This document shows positions 23,814 to 37,998 of a stretch of DNA of 64,000 bases, in pieces (positions within the stretch are counted from its first letter, which is position 1; the number at the start of each line of letters is the position of its first letter). Both the position numbers and the translations under genes were made by a program. The notes under the pieces are model-generated. The model had not been told where the DNA came from. It did not search any database and saw only the letters and a program-made list of their open reading frames with translations. The stretch comes from Catajapyx aquilonaris (Eukaryota). The stretch covers positions 1 to 64,000 of the forward strand of contig KZ538336.1 of assembly GCA_000934665.2 (NCBI GenBank), in the 5' to 3' direction.

Positions 23814-25550
23814 TGTTTGTCTGAAGATGAAAAGTGCTGCTCTTTCTTCGTCCCCATCATCCGCGTGATCGTCGAAAACATACCCCCAAAAAATAATAAT
23901 AATTTGATAGTGCAGATGTCTATAATCCATGAATACAGAGAGACATTGTTGGAACTGATGCTAAAACTTCACGATTGTTGTGCAGTCGTTTTCAACAAAG
24001 AAAACTAGGAACTATGACGAGCAGTCTTGCAGCACATTCCAGCCCCACCAATTTTTTTTTGTGGTTTTTTGCTTAGATGTTTAGGAACCGTGTAACCTTG
24101 TGTACAATCTATGTAAAATGTAATTATTTTCAAGCCGCCAAAAAAGATAGACTGACGTTTCTTAAAATATTATATTTCCCCACCTCATAATAAGTTATTG
24201 CACCTTTTTTCTTCTTCTTCTTCCATCGAAGGTCATCTCAGTGCGACGTGATTTTTATCACGCCTCTTATAACCCTCCTCCTTTTAAATAAAGATGGTAT
24301 GGAGATGAATTGACGTCAATGTGTGGCACACTATTTCTGAGAATACGATTTCTGAGGTGACGACATCCGATTTCCTAGAAACATACATATCCAGATCGGA
24401 TTTCCATATGTGCATTGTTGACACCTTATGTTATTAAAAAGTATGTGAATACCCTTTTAACAATTGCGATTATTTTACTGATTACCTCAGCACAATACGA
24501 TTCAGGATGTGTAAATAGTGGAAGAAGTCAACAATTCTGTTGCTCAGATTTGATGTGGCCCTGCCAGGCACGGTGTGATTCAGAGCAATGTATAAATGGC
24601 GCCAATTTTAATGAATGGAAGAACATACACAAAAAAAACAAACATGGCATAGAGAGCACTTGATGTAAGGACCGTCTCGACGAGACAATTCAAGTTTTTG
24701 AAGAAGGTAGCACTTGGAGGAGATGGTTTCTCTTGAAATGGGGCTCCTTCTAGTCTGGACTGGGTGGCGGGGGCATTTTCAACGCCTATTAGCACAAAGT
24801 GGGCATAGTAAATGCATTAATGCACCGACCCTATACACTTTTGTGTACCGGCGAGACACAAAGTCTAGGTCAAAGGTCTAGGTCTTGTTTCTATAACAAC
24901 AAAACAATGCCCCTCTCCAAAAAAAAATGTAACCATGACCACTTCGTTTGTTTTGGCTACCCTGTATTGTTGGAGATAAGTCAACAAAAGTTGCGTAATG
25001 GACGAACGGTTCTGCAGTGAAAAGGTCAGTGCTGCTAAAGGTCGTCTGTTGGGTCATGTGCTTAATTTTTTGATGACATTTTTTTTTTTTGCAGAGGGAA
25101 GGTGCAGAGGTGCCAGGAGATATGGCCAAGAGACTGAAAATGTCGTATGAAGAGGTGAGCACATTTGGAGCACATTTTTTTATATATAAATTAAATCAGA
25201 AATTAAGCTAATGTAGTCGTAAGAATAACGCTATGGGTGGTCACAGTTGCGCATTTTATGTTTGAGTGTAAAGCTGTTTTGGTTGCTTCGAAAAATCACG
25301 TACATTACTTTTGAAGTAGAATTTTCAATTTTGGCGGTTCTAAGGTTCTAAGGTTTCAAGTTCTAAGGTTCTTCTAATAAGGCCAACAATTCGACCGTCT
25401 TAATTGTTGGAAATGTTGACAAGAGTTGTAAATAACTAATGTTGGCAGCTTTGTTTATTTTTTTGATTTTTGGCGGCAATGGTTCCCAGCAGATAGGAGC
25501 TAATTAGCTAATTAATATGCTGTTAGACCCCAGCAGGTACTTCGGCGCTA

Positions 25551-26839
25551 ATGTGGCCGTCCGGTCGTCCTCGTAGGGGTGTGACCCTGTCTGACCTGGA
25601 GGTGATCCAGGTGGAAGGAGAGGAAGTGGTCATACCGGAGGATCTGCATGGCCAGTGCAATTCTGGAGACACACCTGTCTGGACACACTCAGGGATGATG
25701 TACGTGTCGGCTGGACACGACGTCAACCAGGGATACACAGTGGAGGTCACCACTGAGCCGGAGAAACCAGCACAGGTTATTGTGAAGGAAGAGGTGGTGA
25801 TTCCAGAGAGGGAGGATGTGACCATGTTGGCTGGTGACCCGGGTCCGGAAGACTTCTGCATCGTGGACGAGGATGTGTTCAACTTGCTGACCTCCAGCTG
25901 CGGTGACCCTGGCGAGTATCAGCTGTCGGCCACCACTGTCAACCTGAGCGATCTGGATCAGGACAGCTACTTTCTGATCCAGCAGGAGGAGGACGATGGC
26001 CACGAGGTGCCTGATGACCCCGACCTGATCTCTGACCCAAACTGGGAGCCTCCAGGCAGGGCAGGCACCAGTCGACGAAACACCACCACCAGCAACAACA
26101 ACAAGGTCAGGAATCTGAACCCTGAGCAGCTTAGCGAGGTTGAGAGACTGGCAAAGGTCCTCTTCAGCAAGAGGACCAGGACCCTGTACCACTGGTTGTA
26201 TCCGAACATACCCAGGCACCGCTTCAAGGCTTTTGTAGAGCAGCTCTGGCAGAAGCTGGATCCGAAGGACAGGCAGCTGTACATCAATCAGGTAAAAAAA
26301 AAAGAGGCGCAAAATCGAGCGTGAGCGTGATTCGAGTATACTTTTTTCTCAGTGCTGGGAGGGAGCTGTCACAGCTCGATTTTGCGTAAAAAAACGCTGA
26401 TTTGGGAACAGCTTTTTAAAGACGGCGAAAAATGTCTTGTCGACAGTGCAAAGTCTGAACTATTAACACCCTGTGTCACCATATAAAGGTTCTGGGTCGG
26501 TTTGGCGAAGGGATGGCTGAACCCACCCGACTGATGACCAACCCGTACCTGACCCTTGGGATGGAGAGTCCTCCGAACAACAACCTGCTGAAGACCATCC
26601 GGAAGTACCAGCGTCGGGAGCCGTCGTCGTCGTCGTCGTCGTCCGGTATGGTGAGGCAGCGGACCAGGGAGGACCTGATGGAGGAGAAGGAGGCGGCTGA
26701 AGCGGTCAAGGACCTCCTGGTGTCTGAAGGATGGCTGAACTGCAGCGGGGGGCCTGACAGTTCCGCCGAGGACCAGGCGGGACTCAGGGTGGTGGCCCTC
26801 ATCCACGAGCAGCAGAAGGCTTGCTTCGGAGGACAGTGA
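25551..26839 (+). CDS. Uncharacterised protein with an acidic N-terminus and a divergent HMG-box-like segment. Exons 25551-26291, 26489-26839
   Basis: Long GC3-rich ORF; a phase-0 GT-AG intron joins INQ|VLGRFGEG. KRTRTLYHWLYPN...FVEQLWQKLDPKDRQLY resembles HMG-box helices 2-3 (WxxLxxxE/DK/RxxY). Confidence 0.7.
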
Positions 26840-28156
26840 CCGATGTTGGACACCGATGGATGGTTTGTTTGATGATTGTTGAGGATCGAGTTAAATGAGT
26901 TTGTGTTCATACTGTCCGGTCCGGACTGTTCCATTAACCAATTTGGTGAGCGCGACTGTCCGCACGCAGTGTCCGAATAATCCTGTTTTAGACGTTTGTG
27001 TCACGGTTGATGTGTTTATATGTGCTTACATGTTCCAGGAATGTAACTGTATCGCTCAAAAACATAGACACGATTTTGCATTTGACTCAAGTGCAGCAAA
27101 TGCAAAATCGTCTCTATGTTTTTGAGCGATATATAGTACTTGATTGTCCTAATAAAGACTGATGTTTGTTTTATGTTGAATATTTGGTGTTATTATGCAG
27201 CTTCAAACGGACATCTGTATGCCCGGGCTGCCTAACCTACTTTCGGACTACTGAGAGTGATGAAACTTAGGCACACTGATGGATTACGTGGTTCTAATTA
27301 GGGAGAAAAAGTCACAAAACCAAACCATTTTGAGGTCTTAATACCTAAAATATAAGATTTAATCTATTTTTTTTTATATAAGTAGCTGTAATTACTTAAG
27401 AATGAATTTTTAAAACCCGAAAACACAATCCATACTCTGACTACCATAAGCAGATGTGATGAAGTTGATTCTTATGCAGTTTTTCAAGGGCGCTCCTTAC
27501 AGCTAAATAGAGCATGGAAAACGGGTTGGTTGAAATGAGCCGTATTATGCAAAAAACTAATCTAATCAGGTTACAGCAAAAAAATTTGAAGGAAAAAAAA
27601 TCCTGTCTGGATTATTTGCAACAAAAAAAAACAGACACAAGTTGGTTAATCAGAGATTTTGGCCAACTTCTTAACAGCAAATGAAGTATATAAGGAGAAT
27701 ATTGCTCCGGGTGACTTATATCGACTTGTTTCCTTTAAAGCAATCAAACTTTAAACAGCCGTTATTCAAATATACGAGCCAATTTTGTGCCTGTAAGTCC
27801 ATCTCCTTCCTCCTTCCCACCCTATATAAACTGTAATTTCGTCTGATCTTTTCTTCTTCTTCTTTTTAAAATGTGAACGACCTGGAGCCCAACAGTTGCG
27901 CAATACGCTCGACAATTGACATGTTGAGGACCCTGTGTTATTGCCTTTTGAACAATCAATGGAAGCGAACCCACGGAATCTTTTTTAAAATTCCAATCCG
28001 GAGAAACTCCCCCCCCCAAAAAAAAGGAATTTCATATTGAGCGGTTCAGGATAGTATCGAGTCCAAGAAGATTGAAAACTACTGGGACTTCCCCATACGC
28101 TGCTGTCTTTGGTCGTTTGCTGTTTCTTTCGTTTGGTCGTTTGGTCGTTGAGAGAG

Positions 28157-28417
28157 ATGTTGGAGACGACGAAGGCTGAGAAGCCTTGCAAGGGGGAGGG
28201 AGACCAGCCCAAGAAGCTGAAGCCATGCTGCGCCTGCCCGGACACAAAGAAGGCCAGGGACATGTGGTGCGTTGTGGCCGCAGTGCAACGTTGTGCAATA
28301 AGTAGTACATTAATGTAATGCCCTAATTGCAGCATAATGGAGAAGGGTGAGCCCAACTGCCAGGATCTGATCGAGGCGCATAAGGTCTGCATGAGGAAGA
28401 TGGGATTCAACATTTGA
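28157..28417 (+). CDS. COX17: Cytochrome c oxidase copper chaperone COX17. Exons 28157-28266, 28333-28417
   Basis: [64 protein letters not shown], with the CCxC motif and twin CX9C. Confidence 0.97.
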
Positions 28418-28629
28418 GCAGTATTCCCCCCCAGCCGGAGCATGGCACTTACGCCGGAGCAGCCAAGACGGGGGGCAGCCAAGGCATGGTGCCAAAGCCA
28501 AAAAAAAGAAACCAGTAGAGTAATGTATATAGTTTGAGCATTAAAAACCCATTTTTGAACCTGTCCGTGCCAGTAATTTAGTCACATGTGGACAGACGTA
28601 CTGATAGGCCGGCAACAGTTGTGTTCACA

Positions 28630-29085
28630 GTGGCGGAAAAAGAATTGTTGGCTGTCAGGGGTTTTGGGTCTAAAGGGAATTCACTGTTGGGGAATTGGCA
28701 GTAAAAGATTTTGGCTGCCGGGGAATTGGCAGTAGAAAATTTTGGCTGCCGGGGAATTGGTTTTGGCTGTCAGGGAATTGGCGGTAAAAGATTTCGGCTG
28801 TAAAGGGAATTGGTGGTAAAAGATATTGTTGTCATGGGTTTTGGCTGCCAGGGAATTGGCGGTAAAAGGTTTTGGCTGTCAGGAATTGGCAGTAAAAGAT
28901 TTTGGCTGTCAGGGGTTTTGGCTGCCAGGATATTGGCGGTAAAAGGTTTTGGCTGTCAGGGAATTGGCAGGAAAAGGTTTTGGCTGTCAGGGGTTTTGGC
29001 TGTCAGGGAATTGGCAGTAAAAGATTTTGGCTGTCAGGGTTTTGGCGGTAAAAGGTTTTGGCTGTAAAGGGAATTGGCTGTCAGG
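28630..29085. repeat. Minisatellite of about 31 bp (GGGAATTGGCAGTAAAAGATTTTGGCTGTCA) with half-unit variants
   Basis: Repeated many times in tandem downstream of COX17. Confidence 0.9.
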
Positions 29086-30679
29086 GAGGTGACCCTTGAT
29101 TATCCATACACTTTTTTGGGGAGTGGTTGCCCCCTTGGATGTAATGTAATGGTAGTTCTGAAACATCAGGGAAGAAAAAACGACAGTCGTTTTGTTTACG
29201 GTTTGATTTATTTTGTAATTTATTTTTTGAGGTGAAGCAAAAAAAACAACAACAACAAAATGGCACTATTCACAATTCGACCATTATGGTCAAAAGATTT
29301 TCACCATCTGTGAGTAACCACTCGTAATTATTATTTTTTTCATTGCTAGGTAGGGGGGTCTGTAGCAAAAGCAAATAAATAAATAAATAATAGTCGAGTG
29401 AATACGCCTCAAGAAGAGTGCAACAGTCACATGACTTTTAAACAACCATTTTTCTCGACTTTTGTGCAGGTGTGTGTATGACTAGAATCTAAAAAAGGCG
29501 CTCAAAATAGTTTCTTGAATTTGTGTGAACAATTTCGAGTCGCCAGAAAATGGGACAACTGCTCGAGTTTACTTAAAGCCTTTTTTTTTTTTTTTTTGCA
29601 TGTGACTATTGCAAAAATCACAACCACTAAACTTATTATTAATTATTATTAAGTGACACATTTTGCATATCTCGACAGTTGGAAATGGCCTCGTAAATGA
29701 TGTGTGTGTATTTTACTGAAAAGATACGTCTCTCTTTTGAGAAATATTTTATCCCCCACCCACTTTTTGAGCTCAGCACTTTCCCTCTACAGGAAATCGG
29801 TTGAAACCTCACTTTTTTTTCCAGCGACACTAATTCGTTTTAAGTGGAATGCTAGGAATTGCTAGGTATTTATTTTATTTTAATTTTTTTTAAATTATTA
29901 TTTTGGGTGCCATGGGTAGCAAAGAGATGCATGGCAAAGTTTTTCCTATCCGCTACTGAAAAATATAATTTTTTTCAATGCGCACGAGTTATTTATTTAT
30001 TTTTATCCTCCACTTCTCTACGTTACGTTTTGGAATTATCTCTCGAGTGCATTTTATACATCTACACAACCCAGTCACAAAATAAATTGCTTTGCCGATA
30101 CACATAGAGCTAAGTCATAATAAAATTCAGCGTGAAATCACAGTGTTTTTTATCTGACTGCATTTTTCTCACTAGAGGAAAAAGTGCACTGCATATTATT
30201 TTGAAATATATTTTTTGGAGGGGGGAGTTTTTTGGTTTTTCCCTTTTTTTCTCTCTCTCTCTCTCTCTTAAATTGGGATTGGATGGGAGAGGCAGGGGGT
30301 GGAGAGCACCTAGTGTGGGGAAGTATCTTTCAGCGGTGATTGATAAAGAGGTGTAAATTGGTGTGAGGCAGCAGCCATTATTGTTGAGCCGACTGTTACC
30401 GTTTTCATCCCATTACGATATTAAGTTTCTCAACCAATTTTTTGTTGTAATTCTTGGCAGTGAAACACCTTCCGCGACTTTTGCTGTCTCGTACTTTTGG
30501 TATTGGTTAAAGAGAATCGACGGTGGGAGATGGGGGTTTAATAAGGCCCAAAAAACCCATAACTTGTAAGTGGGGGGGATGAAATGCACACAATGATGAT
30601 AACAAGCATTAGGGAGAGATTCTTTTTTTTTTTCAGGCTTCGGTGAGGACACTTGCAGAAAAAGTGATATCGCTAGAAG

Positions 30680-32984
30680 TTAGTTATCGCCTGGGATCCG
30701 CATCTGCCTCAGCATCTTGTTCCTCTGTAATAAAGAGGGACGTGTTGATAATTCGGTCGATTAACAGCGGATGATTTTTTTACTACCTGGAACTCCTGCT
30801 CTGTCTCCATTATTCCAACGATTGCGACGATTTGGTACTGCCTTGCCTGCATGACGGTGAGTGACTTCCTGATGAGCCTCATGGCGGAGGAGGCAGTGAG
30901 TGTGTTCTTGAACTGGCCCATTTGGGACGGGGAGTGGCTTGGATCCAGGACTAGTAGATGGACACTCCCGTCTCGCCACTGCTCCGCACCGACTATTGTG
31001 CGGCTGTGGCCTTGGTGCTGCAAGTACAGTGGGAGCTTGAAGTCCTGGTTCCTCTGGAAGTATTGCAACACCCAGTTGAATAGTTGCGGGTGCGTCCCAT
31101 CTGGTGCGGTGGGCTTGTGGAAGTCAATCAACTGGCAACGTATCCTGAACGAGGACATTAGCGTCACAACCTCGGTGGCTCCGATCCATTTGCGGGTGTT
31201 GCTCAGTTTTCCTCCGAGCTGTTCGCAACCTGGTGGATCAAACCCTTGGAACCAGGCGGCTTCGATCAGCTGCTGAAGACGAGATATGGATGGGACTGCT
31301 GCTCGGTTCATGTTGGAGCCACTGGAAGTCGGAGGTGGCTTGAGACCCGACATGTGTGTCGTTGCTGGGGTGTCGACAGCACCTGACAGCTGCTCGTAAT
31401 AGGCAGTGTTGTGTATGAGCGCGGAGAACAGCATCTGTATATTCCGGTACCCACAACCCCAGCCTTTATCGCCATATGTGGAGGCATAGTGGTCAACCGT
31501 TGTGCACACAAACGTGCCCACCACGCTGTTTGTTCCCTGGCTGACTGACTGGATACGGGGCACCAATCCTTTGGTGCATGAGCTCCCATCGTCCACTCCA
31601 CATCTCTCGGCTACCCGAAGCTCAATTTGCCTCTCGTAGTAATCCGCAACTGTCATCTCGCCTGCATGAACCGCCCGCTGCATATTGGTGAGGCTCTGCT
31701 CGCAGAAATTTCCCTGCTCGTCCATTCCATACTGCGCCTGAGGAAGAAAAGCATTTGACACATATCCATGGAAATATATTTGCCGTTGCCATGCGATGGC
31801 GGTCATCACCTGCAGGAGTTCAAATTCCTTCTGTTCCCGTAGCCTCCGAACTTCCCTTTCTCGCTGCTCCATTTCTCTGGCTAAAAGTCTGTCAGACGAT
31901 ACGTCCGGCGTGATCGGTGAAACTGGAACCAATTTCACAATGATTAGTAACATCTCTTTAACGAGTTCTAACGAGATGAACCTCACCCTTCTGATTAAAA
32001 TGCTCTTCTATATGGGACGCCATCTGCTCACTATTTTTGAACCCTGACATGCTGCATACGGGACAGCTTTCATTGGAATTCTCATCACCAGGAGTGGCTT
32101 GAGTTGGCTGCAAGACAATTATTGGCGTCAGTTCCTATCTTATTGGTACTGTGTCAATCGCTCACCTTTGCTGGACTGAGAATGTCCCTGTGATCGAGAT
32201 TCACATGCAGCTCTACGTCTCCGGCAGTCTCAAAACTATGTGCACACAATGGACACCTAAACACATCCTGTTCTGCCCCTCCACCCGTTTCTGCTGCGGC
32301 TGGTGACGAGATGACCGGAAAGGAGGGGCTGGTTAGGTCAAAGTGCTGGCGGTTTATGTGCTCCTGCAGCTGAGCGGCCGACTCGTTGGTGTATGGACAT
32401 AACGGGCATGATTTAGGAGGCGGTGCGAATCCACCGGATGCTTCGCCTCTGAAACGGGGCGGAGCTGATGCAGGTGCACCCCGCCTCAAGTTTAAGGACA
32501 GCTGGGTACGGAGTGGGCTGCCGCAACTGGCTGCACCGATTTCGTGGTCAGGCGACATTTCGTTCATGTTGAGAGTGGCGCCACCGTTAAGAGCCGCTGA
32601 TGTGCTGGCTCCACTGCTGGTCCCAGGTGACGACATATCAATCCCATTGCTAGGTCTGGCTGTACACCCAAGCCCATCGTCATCGTCAATGAAGGCGACA
32701 AAGTCCTCCCTGGCCGGAGTCAGGTAGTCCAAATGGGCTGAGTTGACATGTAGCAGCATCTCGTCCGATGTGATGTCGCTCAGCTCGCAGAAGGGGCAGG
32801 ACATGGCTCCTTCCAGGTGGGCACCCATCACATGGGAGTGGAGGCCATCCTCTGAGAAGCCGTCCTCACCACACACCTCGCAGCAGTACACCGCCTGCTG
32901 CTGGTTGCCCAGCAGAGGCGGCGGAGGCGGAGGTGGGGGCGGCTGGTGGGATGACGTCCCGTTCGGCACGTCACGGTCACTCAT
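30680..32984 (-). CDS. ZUP1: Zinc finger-containing ubiquitin peptidase 1 (ZUFSP, peptidase C78). Exons approx. 32984-32166, 32107-31987, 31923-31810, 31737-30787, 30724-30680
   Basis: Multiple C2H2/UBZ fingers (CEVC...HVMGAH, CPFC...HVNSAH, CPLC...HINRQH, CPLC...HVNLDH, CPVC...HIEEH), MIU-like DRLLAREME, catalytic DKGWGCGYRNIQML, RKWIGATEV, PLYLQHQGHSRTIVG, LVLDPS and YQIVAI. Confidence 0.94.
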
Positions 32985-35900
32985 CTTTACAGAGGCCAAT
33001 TGCCACCCGTGTCACCTGCGGAAAAAAATGCACAGTTCAGATTAAAGTGTACGGACAAACATACCGTAAATTAAAATTTAATGAGCACATTTACATGTCA
33101 GCGATGACGTCACTGAGCGAATGTAAAAATATATTTTTCTCCCAAAGAATCGCTGCAACATCGCTGATAAATTGCTCGCATGTAAACGCGGCTTTATAGT
33201 TCACACCCAAAAATCCACGGGGTTGGCTTGAAAAGCTTGCGATTAAAATTTTTCGGAGGCGTTCGTTGCCATAACGACCCGATTGAATCAATCAAGATTT
33301 AATTAACAGATTGGGGTGGACCAAACAGGCTGCTAATCACACACATTATGAGGAAACCCCACTGCTTCATCACGTAAGATTCCAATCTGTTGGCAAAAAA
33401 ATAATAAAAATTGTTCTGACGCGTCACATGTGCAAAAGCTGCGTACATTTTTTAGGTAAGGGTTTTTTTGCGCTGAACAACATTCGTATATCCAGCTGTA
33501 GTTTGAAACCAAAACCTATCAAACATGTGGAGCAAAAAGAAGGCAAGAAAAAGCGATATAGTGTAACGGCTCAAGTTGGCACATCAGATTTGGCAAACTT
33601 TTTGCTCCAGATCTGCGGATGTGCCAACTTTTTCTCTCTCTCCTAACACTAGTAAATATGAAGGACATTTGTATCGCTTTTTTTTAAACGGTTGACAAAA
33701 ATTTTTTTTTGACGGGGAGTCTTAATTGACCCAGCTTTGATGAGTGCCTGTCCCAGTCAATAAGTTTGGTCTGGCTTGTTGCATGTCAAATGGGCGTTTC
33801 TTTAATACGGAGGGGACTTGCCAACCAGGTCGATTCGTAACCACTCATATCGGCATCGGATGGACAACAAATAGGCAATTGTTGTCATAAAATAGGATCA
33901 CCCAATATTATGCCGCACCCAAAGTTAAAGCGTACGGCCCAAATGCGTTATTGGATAACCAACCGCGGTACGTAAAGAAATCGGGGGAAGAACCCAGCAC
34001 TTCGCATGCACTTCGCATAGTTATCTGATGACAACGTAGCAATTATCATGTCGTATCCGACTCTTACAAGCGACCTTAATTATTTAGGCCAGGACGCTAC
34101 TGTATGGCCCACTCGAGTAAACTGTTGTTGCCGACACAATCATCACAGTTCCTAATACATATGTTAGCCATTTAAAAAAAAAACACATAATTTTAAACGG
34201 AAAATCCTGCATAAATTTGGGAAATAATTCCAGATTAAAAAACTTAAATTAAAATAACAGTTATTATGACTTCATGTAACACATTTTGAATGTAATAATT
34301 ATATGAACTATGTGTGGATATTTGTGACACTTTTAATTGGGAATGTTGTGGACGTGAATTGATCGGTTATTTAAAAAAATTGCATTTAAGAAGTTACACG
34401 GTACGCACACGGTACATTGTAAATCACATCAATGCAAGTTAGTATTTAAAATTCAATTTAAAATAATTGTGGAATGGGCTCGGTACAGTAACGCCAAGCA
34501 AGTAATGTGCGAAATTATCAATGGGCTACTTTACGTAACATGCAACGTACGTCAGGCGTACCTGTACGCCTCTCAAATATAGTTCGGTTGAATCTAGATG
34601 TAAGAATAATAATCACACACACTTAACTAATATTCATTATATATTTTAATAAATCAATGCAATTCAAGTTACACCTATGCGACTATTATCCGTACATCTA
34701 GACACAATAATTGCACGGATAACCGAAATGTACATTAGCGTAAATTTAAATCTAGGTCGTGATGTAAAATGTAGGTCAACTTAAAATGCAATGTAGGTCA
34801 AATTTTTAAAATGTGCTACATGATTAATATAACGCATGCGTAGCACATGTGGGGAACGAACAGACACTCAGGCAACGATATCAAAATAATGTCGGTCCAA
34901 TCGTGTATGATTCGGTCGTATGTACCGATCGGGCTGTGACCATTGTAATGTTGCAGTTGTTGTTGCTCGATTTAGTACTGTGGGTACATGTCATTGTTTT
35001 ATGAATGTGTGGGTCGCCATGGTTGTTTAACTGAACCCATCGGTATGTAACCGCTGCGATGTAAGTCGTCGCTGCGTACCGACACCGGCGACACTTCAAC
35101 CGCAGCGGATCACCCGCATCACCTGTCATCCTCCCAACGCATCAACTGTCACCAAAATCACCAAACAACCCACAACACTTTTTCTTTTTTTAATCAACAT
35201 TAAATTAAAACCCTCTTTCTCTCACCTTATCACAGCCACGTTTGCTTCTCTACCTTCCACCTTTCCACCCCAATTAATGTTATTATTATAATCCAGATAA
35301 AAAAATAAAGTTTGTGTGTGTCCTGGGGGGTAAGCTATTCTAGTCTATCGACCATTATAGACCTTTTCCTACCCCCCCCCTACCCTCCTCTCTCCCTTTT
35401 TTTTACCCTCCCCCACCATCCATAAAGACTAGCGCTAGTATGAACAAGCAGGGTTGGAAATACAGCGAACGACTATCGCCCTTTTATTTCCAACCCTAAT
35501 GCTACGTTGCCACACTGCCACTGTTGCCATTTTAATTCGAATAAACCGAACATGCTAATGATTCCCCCCCGGTCTCTTTTTCTTTTAAAAAAATGAATGG
35601 CAAACGATGTTATTTATAATAAATAAATATGTTTAAAAAAAATTGGTTGACAGCGCTGCCATTCATCAGCTGTTGTTTTGGTAAACATCGTCCCTCTGCC
35701 GGCTGACATTCCAACCAAAAAAAAAGTAGCGGCTACTTACTATTCGCTGCTATCCCAATGCGAATTGGATGGGGGGATATATTAGCTTCTTTTTTCGTTG
35801 TTGTTGGCTATATCAGTTATTGTGGAACACCCCACCCCTCCCTCCCTCTCCTTGCCTTCCTCATCCTCTCCTGGGGGAGACTTGCCTTCTTCCTTCTTCC

Positions 35901-36234
35901 CTTCCCGTGTTCCTGCCTGGGGCTGTGTGACCTGCGTTTTTTGGTCCTGGAGGTGACCTTTGACCTGAGCCGTTGATGGGTCGAGGACAACTTGGCTGAG
36001 AGGAAGGGGGAAGGTGAGAGGCACAGTGGGGGGGGCGCATGTTATGTGGGGATGGAATGGCGAGGGTTTTGTAGGTCAACACGACTACTGGAAGGGGGAG
36101 GAAAATTTTGATGGGGGGGATTGTTGGAATGGGAAGGAATTCCTGTGGGAGGTGGGCAGGATTTTTTTTAAAGAAGGAAGAAAGAAGCAGGAATGGGACA
36201 TGAAGGGGGTCGGTCATATAGTGTGTGTGAACAG

Positions 36235-36795
36235 TGGGATGGAACGTACTTCAGAATGGAACGTCCAGAATGGACCAATCTCTGTTATGGAACATTTTTT
36301 TTGGAATGTAACATTCTTCGGAATGGAACGTTCTCCGGAATGGAACGTTCTCCGGAATGGAACATTTTCTGTAATTGATCATCCGCACTGGAATGTTCTT
36401 TGAAAGGTACCATCCAGAATGGACCAATCACTTTTGTGGAACATTCTTTATTGGAATGTAACATTCTCTGTAATGGAACGTTCTTCAGAATCAAATATTC
36501 TCTGTAATGGAACATGCTCTGTAATGGAACATTCCCTGTAATCGTAATGGAACATTCTCCGTAATCGTAATGGAACATTCCCTGTAATTGCAATGGAACA
36601 TTTCCTGTAATGGAACATTCTCTGTAATGGATTCTCTGTAATCATAATGGAACATTATCCGTAATGGAACATCTGCAATGAAACATTAACTGTAATGGAA
36701 CATAGCCTACACAATGGAACATTAATGGAGCATTCTCTGTAATGGAACATTCTCCTTAATAAAACATCCGTAATGGGACATTATCCGTAATGTGG
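36235..36795. repeat. Minisatellite of about 17 bp (TGTAATGGAACATTCTC) with a higher-order duplication
   Basis: Many AATGGAACATT/AATGGAACGTT copies. The block CCAGAATGGACCAATC...TTGGAATGTAACATTCT occurs at about 36265 and 36414. Confidence 0.9.
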
Positions 36796-37998
36796 ACGTC
36801 CCCTTTTATTTACATACACTGCAATGTTGTAAGACATTACTTGCTGTGGTGTGTGTTGAAACCCATGCGTTATCAGCTTTGGCTCTCTCACAGCTGGGGG
36901 GTAGTAAATAAAAGTAATCATATGATCTGCTTCAAAACAACGACATATCTAATCGCCCCAATTTCTAGAGTAAACAGAGCCGAGTGGATAAAAGGCATGT
37001 CTAGGACTCTATTTTTAGGCGGGTCATTATTTAACTGACTTGTGAGTGTAGATGGCCACACTTTGTTGTGTAATCGGACTGATGCTATCAGTAGCTTGTC
37101 TACAAAGTTTGTACGGCTGTGTCGTGTAACTGGTGTGAATCATGTTGTTTTGAAAGGTACGCAAAATCTTTCAGAGTGTATGGAGTTGTTCATGTGTTTG
37201 CTTGCATAAGTACCAGCATTGCATCATCATTAAAAATTATGTGTCATAACAAGTAATATGTGTACTGTGAAGGACTGGATGCTGCAAATATTACTGATAT
37301 CACTGGTGATTATATGAGGAGGTTATGTGTCACCTGCAGTGCACTGGAGTATCGTTGATGTCAAGCAAGCACATTTGGCCTTGCCTTCGTTGGAGCGATT
37401 GAAATAACCTGATATGTGGGAAAAGGCCAGAGGTCGCTTGGTTTTTTAAATGTTTGCTATCAAAAGAAGGTCAGATGACTGCACGTCTTTAAGAAGTGCA
37501 GCCGAGTGTAGTGTACGGCCAGTGCTAAAGTTTGTTGCGAGGTATTGATTATTTGGGTGTTTAAAAATTTCACTGTTGGTTTTGTTGGCAAGGTTTTTGC
37601 TGTGATATGTTGTTTTATTATGGAGCTTCCAATTGCCTCCAGGCCGCACTTGCCCTTGTGAGCCTAGCAGGTGTTGCACTGCATTATTCCCACATGCATC
37701 AATAAAACATGCAATAATATGTGGAACAGAAAAAAAGTTTCCAACTCGTTTGTGATCTCATCAGCCTGCAGTTGCTAAATACTGCAGCTTAACTGTAAAT
37801 AATTTGAGATCGAACCTTTAGCAGTGCGACACGTAGCTCATGCAATTTGTGGACTTTGTGATCATTCTGTGTGACGGCTTGTCTCGTACAATTTTGTGTA
37901 AGCATAGCTGGACCTACGAATTGCTCAATGGTGCATGACTTTCTTCCTGTTACTTTCATCATTTCCTTTTCTGCAGCACTTGTGAGCAGATCGGGAAG

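Noticed and set aside
25523..26934. Long antisense ORFs (e.g. 25689-26312; also 1221-1676, 12843-13317, 55079-55522)
   Set aside because: They are shadows of GC3-rich coding exons on the opposite strand.
36014..36645. ORFs of 60-130 aa, and similarly 28810-29067 and 1857-2228
   Set aside because: They are translations of minisatellites with no independent coding signal.
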